Below, one piece after another: positions 37,176 to 48,173 of a DNA stretch of 64,000 nt (its first letter is position 1; each line of letters begins with the position of its first letter). This DNA comes from Zygnema circumcarinatum SAG 698-1b (Eukaryota > Plantae > Zygnematophyceae). The DNA lies in assembly GCA_037447605.1 (NCBI GenBank), contig CM074815.1, forward strand, positions 1,364,001 through 1,428,000. Direction: 5' to 3'. The position numbers were made by a program, and so were the translations under genes. The notes beneath the pieces are model-generated. The model was not told where the DNA came from. It saw only the letters and a program-made list of their open reading frames with translations, and ran no database searches.

Positions 37176-38265
37176 GGCTGCCGAAAGCGCTCCGTCCACT
37201 TCCCGGTCCCCTCTTCAAACGTTCTGGCAAAACGCCTATACCTGACTTCATCCGGGTTGAATTGCAAACGCTTCTTCGGTACTTTATCAAGGGCCAATCG
37301 CAAATGTCTATACATTGACTTTATCACTTAAGTCATTTGTAAAACAACAGGCTGCGGATCAAGATCCTCGTGCGTTGCCTTTTTATAGAAATAGGGCGTG
37401 TCAGACTTAAAAAATTCTCGTAATACTAAAAATTCGATATTCGTAACATTTCGAGTCAACGTCAGTAAAACTAAAATTCTCGAGCGTAGTTTTTCGCACT
37501 CGCGGCGCGGTCCTGTTCGCACTCCGCGATCGCCGTCTTCGCACTTCTCCAAACGCCGTCTTCGCAACTTCGCCCTCGCGCGGGGCCCTCAGACTTAGAA
37601 ACAGCGCCGGCGCGGCGCGCGGAGACCGCTTGTCGTTGTGTCGTGTTGCGCGTCACGTCGCTGCGCGCCGCCACCATCTCCTCCCCCTCCGCCGCCGCCG
37701 CCTCCTCCTCCTCCTCCTCCTCCTCCTCCTCCTGCCGCCCCGACTTAAGCCGAGGGTCTTGTTCATGCTTGCCCGCCGTCCCTTGTCAGCGCCCAACTCG
37801 ATCAGGCGAACAACTTCTTGTGGCCGCTCCCCAGTCCCCACACGCTCCCTTTGCTCCAGGTACTCCCGCCTGCCCCCCTGCTCCCTGTCCCTGTATGCCT
37901 GCCTACTTGCCCGCTTGCCGGCCTGCACCCTTGCCTAGCTACCCCCCCTTGCCCGCTGCCCCCCTCCCTGCCCCCTTGCCCCACTCCCTACCCCTTACCT
38001 TGCCCCCTTGCCGGCCTGCCCCCTTTCCTATGTACCCCCCTTTGCCCGCTGCCCCCTTTTCTTTTCTTTTCTTTTCTTCCGTGCTCCCTTGCCCCACTCC
38101 CTGCCCCCTTTTCCCACCGCCTGCCCCTTTCCTTGCCCCTTCCCCGCCCCCTTGCCGGCCTGCCCCCTTGTCTGCCTACCATCTTACTACCTTTTTTGTT
38201 TCCTTTTCTTTTTTTTTATCCTTTCCTGCAGCATTCAAAGCTGCATTCGAAACATTGCCATCATT

Positions 38266-38523
38266 ATGCCTCGACAGTCAGATAGAAATCGCATACTTGC
38301 AGTTATAGAGGGCTTAATTGCATTTGCTTATTTTTATGAGGATGAAGAAGAAGCAGATTCTTCTGACGACGAAACAGAAGCAGAAGAATTGATGGATTTG
38401 TATCAGCAAGTAATATCTTCACGCTATTTTTATGAGCGTTTTTTTTATTTAAATGGGTCCAAATGGAGTGAAAAAAGGGGTGCATATGGGGCATACATGG
38501 GCTTTAAGGGGGTTGCTATCTGA
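38266..38523 (+). pseudogene. Remnant resembling the N-terminus of a PIF/Harbinger-type (DDE_Tnp_4) transposase
   Basis: MPRQSDRNRILAVIEGL...acidic tract...ELMDLYQQVISSRYFYER resembles from memory the N-termini of such transposases. No catalytic domain seen. Confidence 0.45.
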
Positions 38524-40625
38524 ATATAGCAAGGTGGCTAAATTTTTCCTTTAAATTTGGAATTTTTTCTTAACGTCGTTTTTTATTTCTGCAGGTTTTT
38601 GGATCGAGCGTGAAAATGGAAGTGGAGATTCCATCGGACTAAAAGTGTTCAAAATTTCAGGGCAGAAAAATAGTAAAAAAAAACGGTGGCGAAATATTGT
38701 TGAACGGGTGAAATAGTTTGTTTTTTTTTAAATTCTTGTAAACCCACCGTCCATCACCTTAGAATTGGGGGGGGGAGGGAGGGAGAGGGCGGGGGGGGGA
38801 GGGAGGGAGAGGGTGGGGGGGGGAGGGAGAGTGTGGGGGGAAAGGGAGGGAGTTGGNNNNNNNNNNAGAGAGATGGGCAGGTGAAAGAAAAAGGAATAAA
38901 AGAACAACAAAAAGACTACAGTTTCCAAGACAATTTTTTTTCAAGTAACCACCTCGACCTCCGCCTTCTCATGCTCAAAACTAGGCTCTGAAACATCCCC
39001 TCCCTCATGGAACGGCTGTTCCGTATGGTCTAACTGACGTAGAGCCTCATAGATCCCCACACTCGTAGCCACGGCCAGATTCAATGAACGGACGTGCGTT
39101 TCTATGATCGGAATTCGGGCGATTCCGCCCGCATGGAAACCGTTGGAGCACTGCTCCAAAGCTTCTTTGGGGATACCAGTGGTTTCAGAACCGAAAAGGA
39201 GCCAATCGCCAGGGCGGTAGCGGAGAGTCTGCGTGGGAGAGAGTAGGGAGAGGAGGGAGAGGAGGGAGAGGAGGGAGAGGAGAGAGAGGAGGTAGAGGAG
39301 AGAGAGTAGGGAAAGGAGGTAGAGGAGGGAGAGGAGGTACAGAAGGGAGAGGTTATTAGAGGAAGAGGGCGGGAGTGGGAGTGGGAGTGGGAGTGGGGAA
39401 AGGGGAGGGAGGTGGGGGAGGAAGGGAGAGAACGAATATGGAGTCAGGGGATTGAGGGGGAGGGAGAGGGGAGGGAGAGGGGAGGGAGAGAGAGAGCGGG
39501 AGCGGGGGGGAGGGAGGAAGGGGGGTGAAAGGGAGGGAGTGGAAAAGGAGAAACGGAGGGTGGGGGGAATGGGAGGGAGGGGGAGTGGGAGAGGGCGAGG
39601 GAGAGAGGGAGTGGGAGGGGGGAAGGGGAGGGGGAGTGGGAGTGGGGGCGGAGGAGGGGGAGTGGAAGGGGGACGCGGGGAGACGAGAATGAATTTTAGG
39701 GGGAGGGGAGTGAGAGGAGGGAGAGAGAGTGCGAGAGGGGGATGGGAGAGGAAGGGGGGTGAAAGCGAAAGAGTGGGAAAGGAGAAACGGAGGGTGAGGG
39801 GGAGGGGGAGAAGGGGAATGGGACGAGTGGGAGAGAGTGGGAGTGGGGGGGGGGGAATGGGAGGGGGGGAGGCGAAGGGGAAAATGATTGATGGGGAGGG
39901 GAGGGGAGGGAGAGGGAAAGTCAGGGAGGGGGAAGAGAGCAGCGGACGAGAGGGAGAGGGAGAGGAGAAAGGGAAGGTGAGCGAGAGGGGAGGGGGTGGT
40001 AGAGGAATAGGAGGGGAAGGAGGGAGAGGGAGACGCACCCAATGAACTTGACTGCCTCTCTTTGAAAATGCAATGAGTTGTTTTGGCTCCTCCTGCAATC
40101 GTGGAGAGAAGGGAAAGCGAACATTGTGCAATCAGTGATGTGAGGAATCGCAGGTGAGGGAGGGAGGGAGGGAGGTAGGAGAGGCAGAGAGGGGGAGAAA
40201 CAGGAGGGAGGGAACGTAGGAGGAGGTAGGGGAGGGAGGGTAGGAGAGAGGGAGGGAGGGTCGGAGTGAGGGAGGGAGCGGGGGAGGGGGAGAGAGGGTG
40301 GGAATGGGTAGGGTTGGGAGGGATGGAGGGGAGGAGAGGGGCGGAGAGGGGAGGGGGAGGGAGGGAGGGAGTGGGAGAGGGGGGGGAGGGCGAGGAGAGA
40401 GAGAAAGAGGGGGGGGGAGGGAGAGGAGAGAGAGAGGGGGGGGAGGGAGAGGAGGGAGAGAGGAGAGGCAGAGAGGGGAGGGGAAAAAGCAAAATCAGGA
40501 CGGAAATACAGACATTTTGAAGATAAAAGGGCAGGGATAGGAGTGATGCAGACATCAACAGAGAAGTGACGGAGAGAGTGAGCGGGAGAGAGTGGGAGAG
40601 AGAGTGGGAGAGAGTGCTCTTCGAA

Positions 40626-40696
40626 TGGAACTGCCTGGGAATTGAACCCAGATTTCTTGCCAGAGGCAAGTGCCCTCCCAGTTGGACGAGCAGCAC
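40626..40696 (-). ncRNA. tRNA-like cloverleaf (tRNA pseudogene or SINE head)
   Basis: GTGCTGC-TC-GTCC/AACTGGGA/GGGC-A-CTTGC/CTCTG/GCAAG-AAAT-CTGGG/TTCAATT/CCCAG-GCAGTTC-CA. D, anticodon and T stems pair and a B-box GGTTCAATTCC is present, but the anticodon loop is only 5 nt and the acceptor stem has a mismatch. Confidence 0.6.
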
Positions 40697-41645
40697 TTTT
40701 TTACTCCCTCTCCTCCTAATTTGACAAAAGTTTTTATTGCCATTATAATTTTCTTTTCGCACAGGTCCATGAATGAATTACCTAACCCTCCCTTTCCATC
40801 TCCCTCATTTTCCTCTCTCCCAATTCCCTCCTTCACTCTCCCCCTCCCTTTCCCTCTCGCCCACACTTCATTTCTCCCTCTCTCGTCCTCTTCTTCACTC
40901 CCTCGCACCTCTCCTCTCACCCTCCATCAGTCACTCTCTCTTGCCTCCCTCCCCCTCTCCCTCCCTTTCCCACTCCCTCATACTTTCCTTCTCTCTTCCT
41001 CCATCCCTTCCTCTCCCCTCTCCCTCACTCCTCCCTCTTCTCTCTCCCTGCGTCCCTCCCTCTCTCCCCTTGACTGTCCTACACTCTCTTTCTGTCTCAC
41101 CTCTTTTCTCCCACTACCCTTCTCCCTCTCTCCTCTCTCGTCCCTCCACTTTCCGGCCTCTTCCATCCTCTCTCTCTCTCTCTCTGTCTCTCTCCCTCTC
41201 ACTCACCTCCACAAGGTGCAGCCCCACCGATGTCGCCGCACATGTCCGCGCAATCGACCCAACGTTGCCGGGAATCTGCAATTAACTCAGAACATTATTA
41301 AAAAAACCACAAAAAATGAAGTATTTCAGAAGTTAAGAGATAAATTTCAAGTGTACGACTCAACTCCCAGATGCAAAATAACCTTGAACCCAAAGAAAAC
41401 GATCGCTAAAGATAACGCAGAAATAGTAGGGTCAATCAGACAAATCTGAGCAATTCTATACAATTTTTTCAGCAATTTTTATGAAGGTATTAAAGAACTT
41501 AATGAGATTTCAAGAGAAAGCAAAAATAATAATATATATATATACATAATATATACATACCAAGGGAGACACAAGAACCACGTGAAGGTCAGCGCGTTGT
41601 TCGTTCTCTGAAGCTCCACTTCGGCTTATAGCAGCAGCTACAGAC

Positions 41646-41782
41646 CAAGGCAAGGAAAGGCAAGGAAAGGCAAGGAAAGGCAAGGCAAGGAAAGGCAAGG
41701 AAAGGCAAGGAAAGGCAAGGAAAGGCAAGGAAAGGCAAGGAAAGGCAAGGAAAGGCAAGGCAAGGAAAGGAAAGGCAAGGAA
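41646..41782. repeat. Pentamer microsatellite (GGCAA/GGAAA)n
   Basis: Alternating CAAGG and AAAGG pentamer array inside the first predicted trmL intron. Confidence 0.95.
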
Positions 41783-42339
41783 CGAGGGAGTACCTCAAGC
41801 AAAGTTAGCGCGTGAAGCGCAGCCACACGTCGGTTTCGAGTCCCTCCGGAAGGGAGGGAAGGGCACAGGCAGGTGGCGGCAGGCACAGAACCTCGGGCCA
41901 TGGCGGGCGGCCGGATCAAGGAGGGGGAGGGGGAGGTTGTTGGGGGGTGGCTCGACGACAAGAGAGGGACCCGGCGCGCGGGCGGGCGGGAAAACAACCA
42001 TGACGTCACGTTGACGCGATTTTCGCCATTCTTTTCTTCGCACGTCCATTTCGGCGCCTCTTTTGGGTGCGAACAAAATCGTGCGAAGAAGTGCCCTTTT
42101 TAGTAAGCCCCACGGGTCAATCTTCGTAACGTTGACCCGTTGACTTAGCACAGTTGACTTCCGTTCGGTTCGGTTTAGGTTCGGGGGCGCGATGATTTTT
42201 AGTACTTAGTAACCTCGATTCTCGTAATACTAAAAACTCGATATTCGTAACATTCTGTTAAGTCTGACACGCCCTAATGTCTTCGAACCTTAATTATGTG
42301 AAGTGAACTGAAATGGAAACTGATCGAACACATAAGCTG

Positions 42340-43165
42340 AATGGGTACGCGATATACCCCATTTTCTGCGCATTCGATCCAACGAAACGTACAACCAATC
42401 AGGTCGCGCGACGTGGCAATGTCAGACTTGCGGCAACTATACCCCATTTTCTTTAAATTCATCTTTGACAACCTAATCGAATCCGTAGGTCACATAAAAC
42501 ATTCAAATCAAACGCTGTCGTACGTAGAAAACGACTGAAAGTTTGCGTATTTTCTTTAGAAAACGACACTTGGCAATGACTGAATGGTTACGCGATATAC
42601 CCCATTTTCTGCGCATTCGATTCAACGAAAAGCACAACAAATCCGGACGCGCGACGTTGCAACGTCAGACTCGTGGCAACTATACCCCATTTTCATTAAA
42701 TTCTTTTTGCGTTGCCGTAGGCAAAAGCTTTGCGGTCGTTTTGATCCGTACGACGGGTTCGATTATGTTGTCAAAGATTAATTTAATGAAAATGAGGTAT
42801 AGTTGCCGCGAGTCTGACTTTGCCACGTTGCGCGTCCTTACTGGTTGTGCTTTTCGTTGGATCGAATACGCCGAAAATGGGGTAGATCGCGTACTTATTC
42901 TGTCATTGCCACGTGTCACTTTGTACGTACGACGGCGTGTTTTATGTGGCGTACGGATTCGGTTAGGTTGTGAAGGATGAATTTAATGAAATTGGGGTAT
43001 AATTTCCGCGAGTCTGACGTTGCCACGTCGCGCGTTCTGATTGGTTGTGCGTTTCGTCGGATCGAATGCGTAGAAAATGGGGTATATCGCGTACTGATTT
43101 TGTCATTGCCACGTGTCTTTTTCTATGTACGACAGTTTTTGGTTTGAATGTTTTACGGAACGTAT
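42340..43165. repeat. Palindromic array of a ~240-bp unit (two forward copies, two reverse copies)
   Basis: Unit CGCGATATACCCCATTTTCTGCGCATTCGAT...GGCAACTATACCCCATTTT is forward at ~42345 and ~42590 and reverse-complemented at ~42790-42895 and ~42985-43092. Confidence 0.85.
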
Positions 43166-43227
43166 TGTTGTAAATAGGGTATTTGCGCAGAGTGTTTAAA
43201 GTGGCCACGTGGTGCATTCCTATTTGT

Positions 43228-43825
43228 TAGCACGAACGGAATCTGTTATACTTCTTATCCAGTCAAAAATTGCCATCTTGGAAATGTAGTGTGTTTTTGA
43301 ATGTCTGTTATCCAGTCAGGTGTTGCCACGTAGCCCTAAAATGGGAAAAAAACCAAAAAAAAACCACACACAAACTGCGAAAACAGAATGAGGCCTCATT
43401 CTGTTTTCGCAGTTTGTGTGTGGTTTTTTAACAAAAATAAAAAATCAATCTAAATATTACAACATGAGCACGAACGGAATTAGTTATAATTCTTATCCAG
43501 TCAGAAATTGCCACGTTGGTACTGTAGTGTGTTTTTGGATGTCTGTTATCCAATCAGGTGTTGCCACGTAGCCCTAAAATGGGAAAAAAACCAAAAAAAA
43601 ACCACACACAAACTGCGCCGACAGAATGTGGCCACATTCTGTCTTGCAGTTTGTGTGTGGATAAAAAAAAAAACACAATCAATCTAAATATTACAACATG
43701 TGGCCTCATGTTGTATATATTAGTTTGATTTTTTGTTTTTTGTTTTTTTGTTTGTAAAAGTCACACAAAAATACACACAAAAATACACACACACACAAAC
43801 ACACACACACACACACACACACACG

Positions 43826-43860
<35 letters not shown>

Positions 43861-43885
43861 TCACCCACACACACACACTCTCTCT

Positions 43886-43921
<36 letters not shown>

Positions 43922-44055
43922 TTCACTCACAGAAAAAGAAAAAAAAAACATAATCAATCTAAATATTACAACATGTGGCCTCATGTTGTATTTATTAGTT
44001 TGATTTTTTGTTTTTTTTTTTTTTTTGTTTGTAAAAGTCACACACGAAAATACTC

Positions 44056-44095
<40 letters not shown>

Positions 44096-44112
44096 TCACC
44101 CACACACACACA

Positions 44113-44157
<45 letters not shown>

Positions 44158-44200
44158 GCACAAAAAATGAAAAAAAAAAAAAAAAAAGAAAATGATGAAG
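43228..44200. repeat. Tandem ~240-bp repeats with internal palindromes, followed by (CA)n-rich duplicated units
   Basis: GCACGAACGGAAT...TTATCCAGTCA...GTTGCCACGTAGCCCTAAAATGGG occurs at ~43229 and ~43467. (CA)n tracts span ~43780-44160. Confidence 0.85.
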
Positions 44201-44239
44201 AAAAAGATGAAGAAAATGATGAAGAAAATGTAAAGAATG

Positions 44240-45001
44240 CGAACATCACCATATCCAGGACCGGGTCCTTCCGAAATCTTTCCAGGGTTATTTGCTATAC
44301 AATACATGGGTGTGAGCGTAAGTACGGACCTTTTTTCATGAAGATCTTATGTTTCCGAAATTTTTTCGATCTTTTCGAACATCGCTATATCCAGGACCGG
44401 GTCCTTCCGAAATCTTTCCAGGGTTATTTGCTATACAATGCAAGAGTGTGAGCGTAAGTACGAACCTTTTTTCATCATGATCTTATGTTTCCGAAATTTT
44501 CTCAATCTTTTTGAACATCGTCATCTCCAGGACCGGGTCCTTCCGAAATCTGTCCATGGTTATTTGCTATAAAACACATAAGTCAAGCGTAAGTACGAAC
44601 GTTATGTACATCATGATGTCATTTTTATCATTTTTTTTTTTTTTTTGGTAATTTTCAAAACTGCGAAATGTCCAAATTTCCAGATGTCCAAGATTTTAAA
44701 ATTTCCAGCTTTTCAAAATTTCCAGCGATTTCCAGCGATTTCCAGCGATTTCTCTTTAAAGTCCAGAGGACTGTAAAATCTTTTAAGTCCAGAGGACTGA
44801 CTGACTATGGACGGACAACCTAGCTGACTGACTGACTGACTGACTGGCCGACAGACTGATAGACACTGACTGACTTCTGATTGACTGACTGACTGACAGA
44901 TGGACTCATAGACTGACTGACTGACTGGCTGACTTGTTAGTTTGTTGACTTTTTTGTTTGTAAAAGTCACACACGAAAATACACACACACACACACACAC
45001 A

Positions 45002-45082
<81 letters not shown>

Positions 45083-48000
45083 ACTCCTTACCACGAAAAA
45101 ATGGCTATCCGCAGAACGGCCCGACTTCCCGATTGGCCCAGCTTGAGCGAGCGGACAGACTAACAGACTGGTGGCCTGACATGTTAGTTAGTAGCCTCCA
45201 TCCTTCCTCAACACCCTCTTCAACTTCTTCCTTCGCCCTTCCACCATTCTCCCTCTCACCACACTCCATGTTCCTTCCTCCGCCTTCCTCCTCAACACCC
45301 TCCTTCCTCCTCAACACCCTCCTTCCTCCTCCTCCTTCCTCAACACCCTCTCGTTTTAGCCTGGTATGTTGGAGCTATGATTAATTTGACCAACACCATA
45401 ACCGTTTCGGGCGTTGTCAACCGAACCATTCCAAATCTTGCGTGTCCCGTGTTTGACAGAACAAGCTGTTACGGTTTACCAACCCACCCGGTACAAACAT
45501 GCCGTTTCGGGCATTGTCAACCGACAATCACAATCCCCCTATTACGAAAACCGTACAAAAAAGGGCCACATCCTCGTCCAAAAGACGATTGTCCTAATAG
45601 AGCCTGCTGCGTCGCACGGGTGACGCCGACGACGTGCTCCGACGCGACGCTCGACTCCACTCTGAGCAGATTGACCGCCGCATGCATTCCTCCGCCCGCC
45701 AGTCCCATTCGCCATTTTCCCGCTGCTACATGAGTGGTCCACGGGCGCTACCTGATTCGTATCGGCTATTCCCCGCTTACTCCACCGACGCTTCGTCTGG
45801 CCGCTTCGCGGCACCACCGCGATCTTCCATCCGCCGCGCTACGGCGCGGCGCCTCCACGCCCGCACTCTCGCCGGAATTAATCAGCCCACCAGCCGCATA
45901 CCCTCAGCACTACCCGTACAACTACATTTCGCCCACCTGCGCGCCGCGCTACGCCAAGAAACCCCCAAGACTTGTAATGGTCGCGAAGGCGGTCCTCCAT
46001 GCAATATGGACGCCATAAGCACACCACTTAACTCAGCCGGCGCCGCCCTGGCCGTGATTCGCGCTGTCAAGCGCGCTGCGGTCGCGATGAACGACGCCGC
46101 TGTCGCACGCTAAGCCGCCGGGCCACGTGGCTTAACCGCCACGGGAAGGCGTAAGAGCCACGCTGGCACCCGCCACCGCCAGCCCTCGCTCGACGGATAT
46201 TGTTCCGGGCTTTGGCGACGCTGCTGCTGGTCGGCCGCTACCGCATTTCCGGCGCTACCGTGATGCGCCTGTCGCGATGAACGACGCCGACGTTGTCAGC
46301 CGTCGCATCGCGCTACATACGGGCGCCAACAAAATTAACGGAAAAGGAAAAGCTACGAAGTACTCCTCTATATGGTCGCCATGTCACCGGAGTACTCGCT
46401 CTAGTGTCAAACATACCGACGCTTGTTACGCTTGGTTTTGGGTGGTATCAAACCGTAATCAAAAATTGACGGAAAAGGAAAGTTACGAAAGTCAACAGCC
46501 ACTGACCGCCGCTACCGTGATCTGCGCCGGGTCAGATATGCCAGAAACGCATGAACGATGTCGCCGGTGTCGACGCTGCCGCTAAATTTGACCGTCCGAT
46601 CAGCCACTATTGATTAATGATGACGTCAGCCACCCCTCGCTGCGAGACAATCACAGAAGTCGTGACGCCGCGCGTGGAGCCGCGACCACGCTGCCGCCGC
46701 AAGTACTTCGTCAACCCACAATCACAATCCCGCATTACGAAACGTAAAAAAAGAGAGCCGAATAGAGCCAAATAGAGCCGTTTCTGTGCCTCAGACCGGG
46801 ATCGCCGACGACGCTTCGATGATCTAAACTCCTACGAACAAATCAGCGAGCATCATCTTCCCCTCGCTTCACCTCTCCTCACCTCCCATTTCTTACACTC
46901 ACCGCCTAGCTGAGGAGTTGCTGGTGGTGCTTGCTGCCGTTTTGTTCCGAAATCTACCGTAACCAAACCTTATGTCGCTGCGGTTTCTCTGCCGTTCTGC
47001 TGCTGCAACAACTGCTGCATTTCTTCCTACCAGAGAAACCGAAATGACCGACAAATAATGATTGGTGGAGGAGGAGGAGGAAAGAGGAAGGAGGAGGAAG
47101 GAACATGGAGTGTGGTGAAAGGGAGAATGGTGGAAGGGCGAAGGAAGAAAAAGGAGAGGGTGTTGAGGAAGGAGGAGGAGGAAGAAGGGTGTTGAGGAGG
47201 AAGGCGGAGGAAGGAACATGGAGTGTGGTGAGAGGGAAAATGGTGGAAGGGCGAAGGAAGAAGTTGAAGAGGGTGTTGAAGAAGGATGGAGGCTACTAAC
47301 TAACAAGTCAATCAGTCAGTCAGTCAGTCTGTCGGCCAGTCTGTGAGTCCGTCTGTTAGTCAGTCAATCAGAAGTTAGGCAGTGTCTGTCAGTCAGTCGG
47401 TCAGTCAGTCAGTCAGTCAGTCAGTTAAGTTGTCCGTCGTTTTTTTTTTTCATTTTCAGTGTGTGTGAGTGTGTGTGTGTNNNNNNNNNNTCAGTCATTC
47501 AGAAGGCAGTCAGTGTTTGTCAGTCAGTCGGCCAGTCAGCCAGTCAGCTAGGTTGTCCGTCCATAGTCAGTCAGTCCTCTGGACTTAAAAGATTTTACAG
47601 TCCTCTGGACTTTAACGAGAAATCGCTGGAAATCGCTGGAAATCGCTGGAAATTGCTGGAAATCGCTGGAAATCGCTGGAAATCGCTGGAAATTTTGAAA
47701 AGCTGGACATTTTAAAATCCTGGACATCTGGAAATTTGGACATTTCGCAGTTTTGAAAATTACCAAAAAAAAAAAAAAAAAATGATAAAAATGACATCAT
47801 GATGTACATAACGTTTGTACTTACGCTTGACTTATGTGTTGTATAGCAAATAACCATGGACAGATTTCGGAAGGACCCGGTCCTGGAGATGACGATGTTC
47901 AAAAAGATCGAGAAAATTTCGGAAACGTAAGATCATGATGAAAAAAGGTTCGTACTTACGCTCACACTCTTGCATTGTACAACAAATAACCCTGGAAAGA

Positions 48001-48173
48001 TTTCGGAAGGACCCGGTCCTGGATATAGCGATGTTCGAAAAGATCGACAAAATTTCGGAAACATAAGATCTTCATGAAAAAAGGTCCGTACTTACGCTCA
48101 CACCCATGTATTGTATAGCAAATAACCCTGGAAAGATTTCGGAAGGACCCGGTCCTGGAAATGGTGATGTTTG
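44240..48173. mobile_element. Foldback-like element with ~1.1-kb internally repetitive inverted arms and a GC-rich non-coding centre
   Basis: 44240-45350 is the reverse complement of ~47090-48173. Arms contain 136-bp tandem units (44254, 44390, 44526), (ATTTCCAGCG)n, (GACT)n, (CA)n and a CT-rich block. The right arm is cut by the F LTR at 48174. Confidence 0.65.

Larger units (their letters stand above)
38941..41901 (-). pseudogene. trmL: TrmL/SpoU-family tRNA (cytidine/uridine-2'-O)-methyltransferase gene copy lacking central exon(s)
   Basis: Exons: ADLHVVLVSPL (~41561-41600), IPGNVGSIARTCAATSVGLHLVE (41207-41275), EEPKQLIAFSKRGSQVHW (~40039-40092), TLRYRPGDWLLFGSETTGIP...VRSLNLAVATSVGIYEALRQL (38941-39229). 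No PLGF...RAGLDYW segment found between 41206 and 40093. Confidence 0.8.
37393..42275. mobile_element. Non-autonomous TIR DNA transposon, PIF/Harbinger (PHIS)-like, carrying host-gene sequence
   Basis: Perfect 18-bp TIR AGGGCGTGTCAGACTTAA (37393-37410) / TTAAGTCTGACACGCCCT (42258-42275), flanked by AAT on both sides (alternative reading: 17-bp TIR with TA flanks). Internal transposase-like N-terminal remnant at 38266-38523. Confidence 0.75.

Noticed and set aside
38941-40762. Long ORFs of 396 and 468 aa (Pro/Ser/Leu-rich) resembling extensin-like proteins
   Set aside because: They are translations of polypyrimidine simple repeats in trmL introns; only the embedded exons are meaningful.
40700-40790. 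Candidate for the missing trmL exon (VIHSW-like reading)
   Set aside because: No polypyrimidine acceptor on the coding strand, an early stop, and no RAGLDYW motif.
44254-44600. Regularly spaced repeats with a small palindrome, superficially CRISPR-like
   Set aside because: The whole 136-bp unit repeats, so there are no unique spacers; there are no cas genes and the context is eukaryotic.
45634-46113. 159-aa ORF in the foldback core as a possible transposase
   Set aside because: Arg/Ala/Ser-rich product expected from GC-rich DNA, with no DDE or zinc-finger motifs.
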